A stretch of DNA of 64,000 bases from an uncultured Prevotellaceae bacterium (GTDB lineage: Bacteria > Bacteroidota > Bacteroidia > Bacteroidales > Bacteroidaceae), in NCBI GenBank assembly GCA_947174945.1, contig CAMWKZ010000011.1, forward strand, positions 4,374 to 68,373, written 5' to 3'. The notes beneath the pieces are model-generated. The model saw only the letters and a program-made list of their open reading frames with translations, did not search any database and had not been told where the DNA came from. The first letter of the stretch is position 1. Each line of letters starts with the position of its first letter. Shown here piece by piece: positions 18,881-29,399 of this stretch. A program made the translations under genes and the position numbers.

Positions 18881-20728
18881 TTACTTCTTTAAAATGTCCT
18901 CGAATGCTTTGACTAACTCTTCTACCACGAAGGGCTGACCCTTGACCTGATTGAACTGGTAAGGCACCAGGCCGTCGACCTTCATGCGAAGGTAGGCAGC
19001 CAACTGGCCCATGTTCTGCTCGGCCACGACCACCTTCTTGTACTTCTTCAGCACGTTGGCAGTGTTCTTGGGCAGCGGGTTCAGATACTTGAACTGGGCC
19101 TGCGCTACCTTGTGGCCCTTCTGGCGCAGCTCGTCCATCGCTGAGTGCAGATGGCCGTAGGTAGAGCCGAAGCCCACCACCAGCAGGTCGGCATCTGCCA
19201 CGTCGCCCTCCACCTCGAGGTCGGGCACTTGTATGTTGTCAATCTTCTGCTGGCGCAGGTGCGTCATCAGGTCGTGGTTCTCAGGATTGGTTGAGATTGC
19301 CCCCGTCTCCGAGTCTTTCTCCAGTCCGCCCAAGATGTGGGCAAAGCCCTCGCGACCCGGCACGGCCCAGTAGCGGGTGCCGTTCTCAGCACGCATATAG
19401 GGTGTCCATGTGCCTTTCAGCTCCTCGGGAACGTATGGCGGCTCGATGGGACTGAGCTGGGCGATGTCGGGCAGTTTGAAGGCACCAGAGCCGTTGGCGA
19501 TGTAGGCATCGGTCAGCAGCACGACGGGGGTCATGTGCTCCAGTGCAATCTTGCAGGCCTGATAGGCTGCGTCGAAGCAGTCGGCAGGGCTGGTGGCTGC
19601 CACTACGGGCATGGGGCTCTCGCCGTTGCGGCCAAAGAGTGCCTGCAGCAGGTCGGTTTGTTCCGACTTCGTGGGCAGACCCGTGGCAGGGCCGCCACGC
19701 TGCACGTCGAGCACCACCAAGGGCAGCTCCATGATAACCGCCAAGTTCATAGCCTCCGACTTGAGGCAGATGCCCGGCCCGGAGGTAGAGGTGACACCCA
19801 GCGCACCGGCAAACGAGGCTCCCAGCGCAGAGGCGCAGCCTGAAATCTCGTCCTCGCACTGTACGGTAGTCACACCCAGCGACTTGTGCTTCGACAGCTC
19901 GTGCAGCACGTCGGTAGCGGGAGTGATGGGGTAGGAGCCCAGATAGAGCTTCAGCCCAGCCTTCTCAGCAGCAGCTATGAAGCCGTAGGCCGTTGCCTTG
20001 TTACCCGTGATGTCCATATAGCGACCCGGCTCCTTGTGCTTTGACTCAATGCGATATACATTGATGGCACTGGAGTGGGTGTTGTGTCCGTAGTCGTAGC
20101 CAGCCTGCACCACCTTGATGTTGTTCTCGGCAATGGCAGGCTTCTTGGCAAACTTCTCGCGCAGGAAGTTGGCCACCAGTGACAGGTCGCGGTCGAAGAG
20201 CCAGCACACCAGACCCAAGGCAAACATATTGCGGCACTTCAGAATAGCCTTATTATCCATGCCCGTGTCGGCCAGACAGTCCTTGACCATCGTGGTCAGC
20301 GGGCACTGGATAACGCGGTCGGGGTCAATGCCTAACTCGCCCAGATAGTCGTCCGACTTAAACTGGGCCTTCTCCAAGTCCTTGGGACCAAACGAGTCGG
20401 TGTCGATGATGATGGTAGCCTGCGGCTTGGCATATTTCAGCTGTGTCTTCAGGGCGGCAGCGTTCATGGCTACCAGCACGTCGCACAAGTCGCCCGGCGT
20501 GTAGACCTTGCCGGTACCGATGTGTACCTGAAAGCCTGAAACACCCGTCAGCGAACCTTGCGGGGCACGGATGTCGGCAGGGTAGTCGGGGAATGTTGAG
20601 ATACCGTTACCTACGGTAGCTGAGACCGTGGAGAAGATGTTGCCGGCCAACTGCATACCGTCGCCGGAGTCACCAGAGAACCGAACAACAACCTGTTCCA
20701 GTTCTTTTACTTCTAAATTTTCAGCCAT
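18881..20728 (-). CDS. korA: 2-oxoacid (2-oxoglutarate):ferredoxin oxidoreductase, alpha subunit (gamma-alpha fusion)
   Basis: FSGDSGDGMQL, SYPITPAT, QCEDEI, TSGPG, QRGGPATGLPTK. Confidence 0.93.
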   Translation of the reverse strand: MAENLEVKELEQVVVRFSGDSGDGMQLAGNIFSTVSATVGNGISTFPDYPADIRAPQGSLTGVSGFQVHIGTGKVYTPGDLCDVLVAMNAAALKTQLKYAKPQATIIIDTDSFGPKDLEKAQFKSDDYLGELGIDPDRVIQCPLTTMVKDCLADTGMDNKAILKCRNMFALGLVCWLFDRDLSLVANFLREKFAKKPAIAENNIKVVQAGYDYGHNTHSSAINVYRIESKHKEPGRYMDITGNKATAYGFIAAAEKAGLKLYLGSYPITPATDVLHELSKHKSLGVTTVQCEDEISGCASALGASFAGALGVTSTSGPGICLKSEAMNLAVIMELPLVVLDVQRGGPATGLPTKSEQTDLLQALFGRNGESPMPVVAATSPADCFDAAYQACKIALEHMTPVVLLTDAYIANGSGAFKLPDIAQLSPIEPPYVPEELKGTWTPYMRAENGTRYWAVPGREGFAHILGGLEKDSETGAISTNPENHDLMTHLRQQKIDNIQVPDLEVEGDVADADLLVVGFGSTYGHLHSAMDELRQKGHKVAQAQFKYLNPLPKNTANVLKKYKKVVVAEQNMGQLAAYLRMKVDGLVPYQFNQVKGQPFVVEELVKAFEDILKK

Positions 20729-20771
20729 ATAGTATAGTTATAATATGTACATATAAGCGTTTAAACGTCTG

Positions 20772-20779
20772 CAAAGGTA
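20772..20779 (-). promoter_or_regulatory. sigmaA -7 box (TACCTTTG) for korA
   Basis: caaaggta on the + strand, about 43 nt upstream of the ATG. Confidence 0.75.
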
Positions 20780-20823
20780 GTGCAAATCAAGCAAAACACA
20801 AAGAAAAACGGCATATTTCTTTA

Positions 20824-22485
20824 CTAATACTCAAACGAGGAACCGCCAAGAAATTCGCGCAGCAGCGACGTTGGTGGTATTTGTTCTTCGGGTATGGGGC
20901 GTATGTATTTCAGGAACTTGCGCAGTCGATAGGCTTCGGCATACTCGTCGCAGTTTTCGGGCACTTGCTCTAACAGTGGCTCTGCCTGTTGCTTGATGAC
21001 GGCCAGTTCAAACAGCATGGCTGAGTTGAACATAGCGTCGGCATTCTCCTGATAGGGGAATATCCATCGGTTCTCGCCTTTGCGCACGCTGGCCCATCGG
21101 CGGATGCTCTCCTGAGCCGATACGCCACGGTACTTGTAGTCGCGGATGATGCGGCGCAGCAAGCGGTTGTCGGTGGTGGGTATGTAGTTGTGGTTGTCGA
21201 GCAGGATGGTGGTCAGTGCCGAGGCATAGACGCGAAAGAGCTGGTCTTCGGGGATGTCAGCGGTCAATTCAGGGTTCAGGGCATGAATGCCCTCAATCAC
21301 CAATATCTCGTTGCCCTTCAGCTTTAGCTTCTTGCCACTCCACTCACTCTTGCCACTCTGGAAGTTATAGCGGGGCAGTTCTACCTCGTTACCTTGCAGC
21401 AGGGCGTTCATTTGTTCGTTCAGCAGCGGAATGTTCAGGGCATGCAAGTGCTCAAAGTCGTAATCGCCGTCCTCGTCGCGTGGTGTTTGGTCGCGGTCTA
21501 AGAAGTAATCGTCCAGTGAAATTCCTATGGGCATCAGTCCGTTAACAGCCAGCTGGATGCTCAGTCGTTTGCAGGTAGTGGTCTTGCCACTCGACGAAGG
21601 ACCGGCAATCAACACCATCTTGATGCCCTTGCGCTGGGCTATCTCGTCGGCTATCTGGGCTATTTTCTTCTCCTGTAAGGCTTCGCTGAGCTGTATCAGT
21701 TGTGCACTCTCTCCGTTATTGATGGCACTGTTCAGGTCGCCTATGGTTCGCAGTCCCAGAATGTCTTGCCAGTGGTGGTGCTCCTTGAATATCTCAAACA
21801 TCTTGTCTTGACGGATGAAGGCTCCCAACTGGGCTGGGTTGTCGCGTGACGGGATGCGTAGTAGCAGACCGTCGTAATAGTATTCTAACCCAAACAGATG
21901 AATGTCGGCTGTATTGGTCAGCAGTGTGCCGTAATAGTAGTCTTGATAACCATCTAAGTCGTAATAGGTGGTATAGAGCCGTCCAGAGCTTTCCAGCAGT
22001 TTGACTTTCGATAGGGTGCCAGCTTCGCGGAACATACGGATGGCTTCTTCGGTAGTGGCCTCGAAGCGATGGATAGGTAGCTGGGCATCAATGAGTTGCT
22101 GCATCCGCTGGCGGATAGCACTAACATCGTCGGGCGTAACAGGCCGCCCGATGTACAGGTCAACAAAATAGCCGTTGCTAACGGGAATGTCAATGATAAC
22201 CTTGCAACTGGGGTACAAGTCGTGAGCCGCCTTGCATAATGTAAAAAATAAGGTACGCGTGTACGCGCGTATGCCGCTGGCTGAGCGGAGGTTAAGGAAC
22301 TCGATGTCCTTCTGCTTATAGACGCGATAGTGCATCCCCTCCACTTTGTTATTGACCTTTGCACTCACTGGGCCGTACTCCATTTCGAGCCCCAGTTGAG
22401 AAAATATCTCAGAAAGTGTGCTGCCGATGCTGACTTTTAGAGTTTTTTTGTTATTTTTGCAGCGAATTATAACTTGTTGTTCCAT
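20824..22485 (-). CDS. Nucleoside (uridine) kinase with a ThrRS N-terminal-like domain
   Basis: TGS/ThrRS-like N-terminal half; P-loop IAGPSSSGKTT, ISLDDYF, IEGIHALNP, RLLRRIIRD. Confidence 0.88.
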   Translation of the reverse strand: MEQQVIIRCKNNKKTLKVSIGSTLSEIFSQLGLEMEYGPVSAKVNNKVEGMHYRVYKQKDIEFLNLRSASGIRAYTRTLFFTLCKAAHDLYPSCKVIIDIPVSNGYFVDLYIGRPVTPDDVSAIRQRMQQLIDAQLPIHRFEATTEEAIRMFREAGTLSKVKLLESSGRLYTTYYDLDGYQDYYYGTLLTNTADIHLFGLEYYYDGLLLRIPSRDNPAQLGAFIRQDKMFEIFKEHHHWQDILGLRTIGDLNSAINNGESAQLIQLSEALQEKKIAQIADEIAQRKGIKMVLIAGPSSSGKTTTCKRLSIQLAVNGLMPIGISLDDYFLDRDQTPRDEDGDYDFEHLHALNIPLLNEQMNALLQGNEVELPRYNFQSGKSEWSGKKLKLKGNEILVIEGIHALNPELTADIPEDQLFRVYASALTTILLDNHNYIPTTDNRLLRRIIRDYKYRGVSAQESIRRWASVRKGENRWIFPYQENADAMFNSAMLFELAVIKQQAEPLLEQVPENCDEYAEAYRLRKFLKYIRPIPEEQIPPTSLLREFLGGSSFEY

Positions 22486-22577
22486 AAGGCAATAGTTTTA
22501 AGTGCTGCAAAAGTACATAATTATTATGAATTAGGCAAATAAATTAGAAGTAGTAAATAGTTAAATTGTATATCCCC

Positions 22578-24287
22578 ATGTCGATTTGGATAACTTTTAA
22601 GATATTAGGTTCGCTGGCCTTGTTGATGTTTGGTATGAAGTCAATGAGTGAGGCATTGCAGAAGATGGCAGGCCCGCAGCTGCGCCATGTGTTGGGTGCC
22701 ATGACTACCAACCGATTTACTGGTATGCTGACAGGTATGTTTGTCACGGCAGCCGTACAGAGTTCGACGGCCACAACACTGATGACCGTTTCGTTTGTCA
22801 ATGCAGGACTGCTGACGTTGGTGCAGGCTATTTCCGTCATCATGGGTGCTCATATAGGTACTACCGTTACGGCATGGATTATGTCGCTGGGCTTCTCGTT
22901 CAACATTGTTGATTTTGTCTATCCCGCCTTCTTTTTAGGTATTATCCTTATTTATATGAAGAGCCGCCGTATTATTGGCGACTTTCTATTTGGTGTGGCT
23001 TTCCTGTTTTTGGGACTGGGTACGCTGAAGGATACGGGCTTCCTGTTGGTGCAAGACCCAGAGGCTAACGTGGTGATTACCCAGTTCTTCCAGAACTTCA
23101 ACGAGGCTAACTTCTGGAACTCGCTGTTCTTCCTGTTGATGGGTACCGTTCTCACTCTTTGCGTACAGTCGTCGGCTGCTATTATGGCTATTACCATGAT
23201 GCTCTGCTCTACGGGTGTGTTGCACATTGACCAAGGCATCATGCTCGTGCTGGGTGAGAATATTGGTACTACCATCACGGCTAATATCGTGGCGGCGACG
23301 GCCAACGTGCAGGCTCGTCGCGCTGCCTTTGCCCACTTCACCGTCAATGTGATAGGTGTGACGTGGGCGTTGATTCTGCTTAAGCCTTTCTTTGCTCTGG
23401 TTTGTCAGTTGGTGGGTTTCGACTCTTCTATGTCGGCTACGGCTCCCGGCTTTGCAGTTAAGGCAACGATGGTGCTGGCCACGTTCCACTCGGCTTTCAA
23501 TGTTACTAATACTCTGTTGCAGATATGGTTCGTCCAGTATATTGTGCGCTTTGTCTGCTGGGCTATCAAGCCTAAGAAGGTGGACGAGGAAGAAGACTTC
23601 CGTCTGCATTTCATCCAGTCGGGTATCATGAAGACACCAGAACTCTCGGTGCTCGAGGCTCAGAAGGAAATTCGCTTCTTCTCCGAGCGTATGCAGCGTA
23701 TGTTTGGCATGGTCAGGGAACTGCTGACTGAGAAGGACGAGCAGAAATTCAGCAAGCAATATGCCCGTATTGAGAAGTACGAGGGTATCAGCGACAATAT
23801 GGAAATAGAGATAGCCAGATACCTTGACCATGTGAGCGATGCCCACCTGTCGGACGAGACGAAAGCCAAGATACGTGCCATGTTGCGCGAAATATCAGAA
23901 CTGGAGTCGATTGGCGATGCCTGCTACAACATTGCCCGTACCATTAACCGTAAGGTGCAGGGCAAACAAGACCACTTTACAGAAAAGCAGTATGAGCATA
24001 TCCACCAGATGATGGAACTGACTGACCAGGCATTGGCGCAGATGAATGCCTTGATGGGTGGCCGTAAGGATGCCTATGATGTGAACCGCTCGTTCAACAT
24101 TGAGAACGAAATCAATAACTACCGAAACCAGCTTAAGTCGCAGAATATCAATGATATTAATAACCATAAGTACACCTATGCCGTGGGTACTATCTATATG
24201 GATATTGTCAACGAGTGTGAGAAGCTGGCCGACTACGTGGTCAACGTTGTGGAGGCCCGAATGGGTATGCGGCAAAAAAATGCGTAG
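22578..24287 (+). CDS. Na+/phosphate cotransporter family protein with C-terminal PhoU-like domains
   Basis: Two VQSS motifs, IMGAHIGTT and GENIGTT, ELESIGD. The ATG at 22578 is preferred over the TTG at 22566. Confidence 0.93.
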   Translation: MSIWITFKILGSLALLMFGMKSMSEALQKMAGPQLRHVLGAMTTNRFTGMLTGMFVTAAVQSSTATTLMTVSFVNAGLLTLVQAISVIMGAHIGTTVTAWIMSLGFSFNIVDFVYPAFFLGIILIYMKSRRIIGDFLFGVAFLFLGLGTLKDTGFLLVQDPEANVVITQFFQNFNEANFWNSLFFLLMGTVLTLCVQSSAAIMAITMMLCSTGVLHIDQGIMLVLGENIGTTITANIVAATANVQARRAAFAHFTVNVIGVTWALILLKPFFALVCQLVGFDSSMSATAPGFAVKATMVLATFHSAFNVTNTLLQIWFVQYIVRFVCWAIKPKKVDEEEDFRLHFIQSGIMKTPELSVLEAQKEIRFFSERMQRMFGMVRELLTEKDEQKFSKQYARIEKYEGISDNMEIEIARYLDHVSDAHLSDETKAKIRAMLREISELESIGDACYNIARTINRKVQGKQDHFTEKQYEHIHQMMELTDQALAQMNALMGGRKDAYDVNRSFNIENEINNYRNQLKSQNINDINNHKYTYAVGTIYMDIVNECEKLADYVVNVVEARMGMRQKNA

Positions 24288-24338
24288 GATTTAATATAAA
24301 ATTAATTGTATAATAACGTCTATTTGGAGAATTTTAAT

Positions 24339-24346
24339 TAACTTTG
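24339..24346 (+). promoter_or_regulatory. sigmaA -7 box (TAACTTTG) for the TBDT-lipoprotein operon
   Basis: Consensus match followed by an A-rich leader to the ATG at 24389. Confidence 0.7.
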
Positions 24347-24388
24347 CACCCGTTAACAAATAAAAACATAAACGTATAAACAAATTTT

Positions 24389-27300
24389 ATGAGAAGAAGA
24401 ATCCTGTTTCTGATGGTTTTGATGTTGACTTCAACGCTGACCATCATGGCACAAATCACAACCTCAAGTATGGCCGGTAAGGTGACGTTTGAAGATGCCA
24501 AGGGCGAAGAGGTTATCGGTGCTACTGTTGTTGCTGTACACGAGCCCTCTGGTACTCGCTATACAGCGGTAACTAACGTTTCTGGTCACTTTACCATTCA
24601 GGGTATGCGTACTGGCGGCCCTTATGAGGTGACAGTCTCTTACATTGGTTATCAGCCGAAGCACCTGAAAGGTATTACGCTGGAATTGGCAGAGACCTAC
24701 AACCTGAATGTATGGCTGTCGGAGAACACCAACGAGCTGTCAGAAGTGGTTATCAGCGGTAAAGGCTCTAAGTTTGCTGCAGAGAAGACGGGTGCCTCTA
24801 CCAACATCAATAATACAATGATTACTAACCTGCCTACGGTTAGTCGTAGTATTACGGATATGACACGTCTTTCTCCTTATGGTGGCAACGGCATGAGCTT
24901 TGCTGGTGCAGACGGACGTACAGCCAACTTTACTGTTGATGGTGCCAATTTCAATAATGATTTTGGTCTTTCTTCTAAACTTCCTGGCGGTGGCAACCCC
25001 ATCTCCCTTGACGCAATAGAGGAACTTCAGGTAGTTATTTCTCCATTTGATGTACGTCAGACAAACTTTATCGGTGGTGGTGTCAATGCTATCACAAAGT
25101 CTGGTACAAATACCTTCAAGGGTAGTGCCTATATCTATCATAAGAATGAGAACATGCAAGGCGATGCCGTTGACCGTGAGCAGATAGCTGGTGCGCGCGA
25201 AAGAGCTTCAGAAACGACGTATGGCTTTACTCTCGGCGGCCCTATCATTAAGAACAAGCTGTTCTTCTTCGTAAATGGTGAGATGGTAAATACGCCTACC
25301 GTTGTCAATCGCTGGCGTGGTTCTGAGAATGGTGTTGCCGATGCGGACAACTTTGTATCGCGTACTACTCTTGCTGATTTGGAGACTATTTCCAATTTCG
25401 TAAGGAACAAATATGGTTATAATACTGGTTCGTACACTAATTTCCCTGCTGACGAGAACAACTACAAGCTGTTGGCACGTATTGACTGGAATATCACAGA
25501 CAAGCACCACTTGGCAGTACGCTATAACTATACCAAGAATACTTTATGGAATAGCCCCAATGCCACATCTATGGATGGCGGTACACGTATGAGCGGTTCG
25601 CGTATGTCACAGTATTCTATGTCGTATGCCAACTCAATGTACTCTATGGATAATCTTGTGCATTCGTTCTCTTTTGACTTGAACAGCCGCCTGACCGAAA
25701 ACCTTTCTAACCAGTTGCTGTTCACATACTCAAAGAAAGATGACGTGCGTGGCACCGATTCGTCGGAGTTCCCCTTCATTGATATCCTTAAGGATGGTAA
25801 CAACTATATCTCTCTTGGTGAGGAGCTGTTTACATATAACAACGCTGTACACAACACTGTATGGAATATCAAGGACGATGTGACCTACTATCTGGGCAAC
25901 CACAAGATTACTGCCGGATTGAATTATGAGCATCAGATGGCCGACAATATGTATATGCGTAACGGTACGGGATATTACCGCTACGAAAGCATGGAAGACT
26001 TTATTTCTGGTGCAGCTCCAGAGATTGTATGTCTTACATACGGATATAACGGTGAGAGTGACCCTGCTGCTCGTGTGCAGTTTAATAAGTTCGGAGCTTA
26101 TTTGCAGGATGAGTGGAACATGACCGACAAGTTTAAACTTACATACGGTGTGCGTTTTGACGGTTTGTTCTTCAATAATGACGACCTGATGACCAATAAG
26201 GCAATCTATGATTTGGACTACAGCGGACGTCATATCGACACGGGTAAGTGGCCTGGAAACAGCGTCATTGTTTCTCCACGCGTAGGCTTCACCTATGACG
26301 TGTTCGGTAACAAGAAGCTGAAGGTTCGTGGTGGTACCGGACTGTTTATGGGTCGTTTGCCGCTTGTGTTCTTTACCAATATGCCTACCAATGGCGGTAT
26401 GGTGCAGTATCAGGCACAGATAAACGGTAAGGTTAAGGTATATGATGCCAAGACAAAGAAAACGGTGTTCCCCGGCTATGTTGGTGCTGTCACAAGCGAT
26501 GCCAGCGGAAATACCTACGTTGACATGAGCCAGTTTGCTGGTGGACTTGTTGCCGATGCCAATGGCAATGCGTCAATTGCTGCTTTGTGTGACAAGCTGT
26601 TCGCACTTGGCTACCCTCAGACAATCAGTCCTGAGGACGGTGCTGTTCCCTCTGCCATATCTGCTGTTGACCCTGACTTCAAGATGCCGCAGGTTTGGAA
26701 GACCTCGTTGGCTGTTGACTACCAGATTCCTGTCTCGTTCCCCTTCTCGGTAACGGTTGAGGGTATCTTCAACAAAACCATCAACGGTGTGTCTATTTCA
26801 GATTGGAGCATTCCTTCAGTAGGTGGATTCTCACGCTTCAACGGTGCTGACAACCGTCCCATATATCCTGCAGGCTTCCGTACAGGCACAAAGGCTTTCG
26901 TGCTTGAGAACACGAGCAGAGGCTACGGTTGGTCTGCCAACGTCATGCTGAATGCACAGCCAGCCGACTGGATAAGCCTGATGGCTTCGTACACACATAC
27001 TGTCAGCAAGGAAGTTACTGGTATGCCTGGTTCTGCTGCTGAGTCGGCATTTACCTATGTACCCACGTCGCAAGGCCCCAATAACATTGGATTGCACAAC
27101 TCTCAGTATGTTACTCCTGACCGCTTTGTTGCCAACGCAACCCTTCACGATAAAAGTGGCAACCACTATGGCATTATCTATGAGGCATGGCGTGGCGGTA
27201 ATTCATACTCATACATGATGGTGAACGATATCAACAGCGACGGTTACAACTACGACGCTATCTATGTTCCCACCGACCAGGAGGTAGCAGATAATAAGTT

Positions 27301-27730
27301 CCGCTTTGTATCAGAGGACGACAAGACACGTTTCATGGACTATGTTCATAAGGACAGCTACCTGAAGAACCATCAGGGCGAGTACGCCGAGCCTTACAGT
27401 GTCTACTCTCCGTGGGTACACCGCATTGACTTTGCTTACAAGCACGACTTCTCTTTGAATGTAGGTAAGACGAAGCATAAGTTGCAGTTGAGTCTTGACA
27501 TGAAGAATGTGCTTAACTTCTTCAACTCCAGCTGGGGCGTAAGCAAGTATCTCAACCCTGCCATTGGCAATGAGGCACGCATCCTTAAATATGAGGGTGT
27601 TGACGCTGAGGGATATGCAACATTCTCTACGCCTGCTGCAATCAATGGCGGTACAAAGACGTTTGTGCCCAACCACGCTCTCGGTCAGTGCTGGTATGCT
27701 TCAATCGGTGTAAAGTACATTTTCAACTAA
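24389..27730 (+). CDS. Oar-like TonB-dependent outer-membrane transporter (non-SusC type)
   Basis: Signal peptide, carboxypeptidase-regulatory-like N-domain, plug NPISLDAIEELQV...GGGVNAITKSGTN, C-terminal YASIGVKYIFN beta strand. No SusD follows. Confidence 0.9.
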   Translation: MRRRILFLMVLMLTSTLTIMAQITTSSMAGKVTFEDAKGEEVIGATVVAVHEPSGTRYTAVTNVSGHFTIQGMRTGGPYEVTVSYIGYQPKHLKGITLELAETYNLNVWLSENTNELSEVVISGKGSKFAAEKTGASTNINNTMITNLPTVSRSITDMTRLSPYGGNGMSFAGADGRTANFTVDGANFNNDFGLSSKLPGGGNPISLDAIEELQVVISPFDVRQTNFIGGGVNAITKSGTNTFKGSAYIYHKNENMQGDAVDREQIAGARERASETTYGFTLGGPIIKNKLFFFVNGEMVNTPTVVNRWRGSENGVADADNFVSRTTLADLETISNFVRNKYGYNTGSYTNFPADENNYKLLARIDWNITDKHHLAVRYNYTKNTLWNSPNATSMDGGTRMSGSRMSQYSMSYANSMYSMDNLVHSFSFDLNSRLTENLSNQLLFTYSKKDDVRGTDSSEFPFIDILKDGNNYISLGEELFTYNNAVHNTVWNIKDDVTYYLGNHKITAGLNYEHQMADNMYMRNGTGYYRYESMEDFISGAAPEIVCLTYGYNGESDPAARVQFNKFGAYLQDEWNMTDKFKLTYGVRFDGLFFNNDDLMTNKAIYDLDYSGRHIDTGKWPGNSVIVSPRVGFTYDVFGNKKLKVRGGTGLFMGRLPLVFFTNMPTNGGMVQYQAQINGKVKVYDAKTKKTVFPGYVGAVTSDASGNTYVDMSQFAGGLVADANGNASIAALCDKLFALGYPQTISPEDGAVPSAISAVDPDFKMPQVWKTSLAVDYQIPVSFPFSVTVEGIFNKTINGVSISDWSIPSVGGFSRFNGADNRPIYPAGFRTGTKAFVLENTSRGYGWSANVMLNAQPADWISLMASYTHTVSKEVTGMPGSAAESAFTYVPTSQGPNNIGLHNSQYVTPDRFVANATLHDKSGNHYGIIYEAWRGGNSYSYMMVNDINSDGYNYDAIYVPTDQEVADNKFRFVSEDDKTRFMDYVHKDSYLKNHQGEYAEPYSVYSPWVHRIDFAYKHDFSLNVGKTKHKLQLSLDMKNVLNFFNSSWGVSKYLNPAIGNEARILKYEGVDAEGYATFSTPAAINGGTKTFVPNHALGQCWYASIGVKYIFN

Positions 27731-27745
27731 AAAACCAAGATAATT

Positions 27746-29314
27746 ATGAAGATGAAATATTCTATATTGTCCGTTATAACGCTTCTTTCAGCAGTGTTTA
27801 CGGGCTGTTCGGATGATAATGATGCTGTATATCTTAATGAGGTTCAGGTATCATCATCGTATGTGGCCATTCCTGTAGGTGGTGGCAGTGAGACGATAAC
27901 GTTGAGAGCTTCCGACAACTGGGAGTTTGACAAAGTGTTCCAGAAGATTGTACAGAAGGAGGATGGAACCAAAGACACCATCTATACGGAGACTCCCGAC
28001 TGGCTTACTGTAAGCCAGGTTTCGGGCGGTGCTGGCGAGACGGAGCTTGTCTTCCATGCCGAGGCTGCGCTTGATGGCCGTTCTACCGAGCTTCAGCTCT
28101 CATGCGGAGGCCAGACACAGCTCATAAACGTAATTCAGGGACTGGCCACAGTGTCGGAAGCAACGTGTGCTGAGGTTATTGCCGGCCCAGACAGCAAGAC
28201 CTATATGGTTAAGGGTACCGTTACGGCTATAGCCAACACGGTGTACGGAAACTGGTATCTTGCCGACGAGACAGGCCAGATATATATCTACGGTACACTC
28301 GACAAGTCAGGTGCCGAGAAGAACTTCGCCAGCCTTGGAATCGAAGTTGGCGACATCGTTACCGTGCAGGGCCCGAAGACGACCTACGGTACCACCGTTG
28401 AGCTGGTAAATGTTACGGTGGTGAAAATCGAGAAGTCGCTTATTAAGGTTGACTCGCTGAGCGTTGACGACGCTACGTTGCCTGTAGAGGGTGGAGACAT
28501 TAAGTTCTATCTGACGTGCAAGGGCGATGGTGTTTACGCTGACATTCCAGAGGCTGCCAAGGATTGGCTCTCTATCGCGTCGGTTACCGGCGGCAGCGTT
28601 CCTACTGTCACTTTCCGCGCCGCACCTAACACAGGTGGCGACAGGTCGGCAACGGTAACGCTGAAGACGATGCAGAAGGGCAAGGAGTATACTGCTGAGA
28701 CAACGATATATCAGAAAGGCGCAATCGTAGCGTGCAGCATTGCCGACTTCTTGGCTGCCGCAGTTGGCGACACTCAGTACCGCCTGACGGGTGTCATTAC
28801 CAACGTGGCTAAGGCAGAGTATGGCAATATCTACATCCGTGATTACTCTGGCGAGGCATACGTCTATGGTGTCGGTGCCAAGGGCGACTTCGAGAAGCTG
28901 GGCCTGAAGGAAGGCGACATCGTGACGCTGCTGGGCAAGCGCGGTGAGTACAAGGGTGCGGCCCAGATGACGGGCGGTGTTTACGAGAGCAGTTTCTCCG
29001 TTACCGAGGTGACGCTCGACGAGTTCCTGACCAAGGCTGATGCTACCGATGTGTACTACAAGGTGACGGGAACGGTTGACGAGGTAGCCAATGCTACCTA
29101 CGGTAACCTGTACCTGAAGAGTGGCGACACCCGCCTCTACGTCTACGGATGCTATCCCGGATGGGGTGCTACGGGCGATTTCCGCAAGAACTGTCTGGCA
29201 GACAAGGATATTGCCGTGGGCGACGAACTGACGGTTATCGGTGTGAAGTCCACCTACAATGGCACTCCGCAGGTGAACGGCGGTCTGTATTTCTCACACA
29301 AGAAGGCAGAGTAA
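27746..29314 (+). CDS. Surface lipoprotein with two BACON-like domains and three OB-fold-like repeats
   Basis: Lipobox FTGC followed by acidic SDDND; BACON-like ..DWL.V/I..R....L; three repeats of Y.V.G.V..VA...YGN.YL.D..G..Y.YG...GD.VTV.G. Confidence 0.75.
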   Translation: MKMKYSILSVITLLSAVFTGCSDDNDAVYLNEVQVSSSYVAIPVGGGSETITLRASDNWEFDKVFQKIVQKEDGTKDTIYTETPDWLTVSQVSGGAGETELVFHAEAALDGRSTELQLSCGGQTQLINVIQGLATVSEATCAEVIAGPDSKTYMVKGTVTAIANTVYGNWYLADETGQIYIYGTLDKSGAEKNFASLGIEVGDIVTVQGPKTTYGTTVELVNVTVVKIEKSLIKVDSLSVDDATLPVEGGDIKFYLTCKGDGVYADIPEAAKDWLSIASVTGGSVPTVTFRAAPNTGGDRSATVTLKTMQKGKEYTAETTIYQKGAIVACSIADFLAAAVGDTQYRLTGVITNVAKAEYGNIYIRDYSGEAYVYGVGAKGDFEKLGLKEGDIVTLLGKRGEYKGAAQMTGGVYESSFSVTEVTLDEFLTKADATDVYYKVTGTVDEVANATYGNLYLKSGDTRLYVYGCYPGWGATGDFRKNCLADKDIAVGDELTVIGVKSTYNGTPQVNGGLYFSHKKAE

Positions 29315-29334
29315 GCAAACTGCAATATATTGAA

Positions 29335-29372
29335 GAAGGTGTCCCGGTCATCGTGCTGGGACACCTTTTTTA
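29335..29372 (+). terminator. Intrinsic terminator
   Basis: GAAGGTGTCCCGG...CTGGGACACCTT followed by a T run. Confidence 0.85.
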
Positions 29373-29399
29373 TATGTGCCTGTCAGTGGGCTGTTTAAG

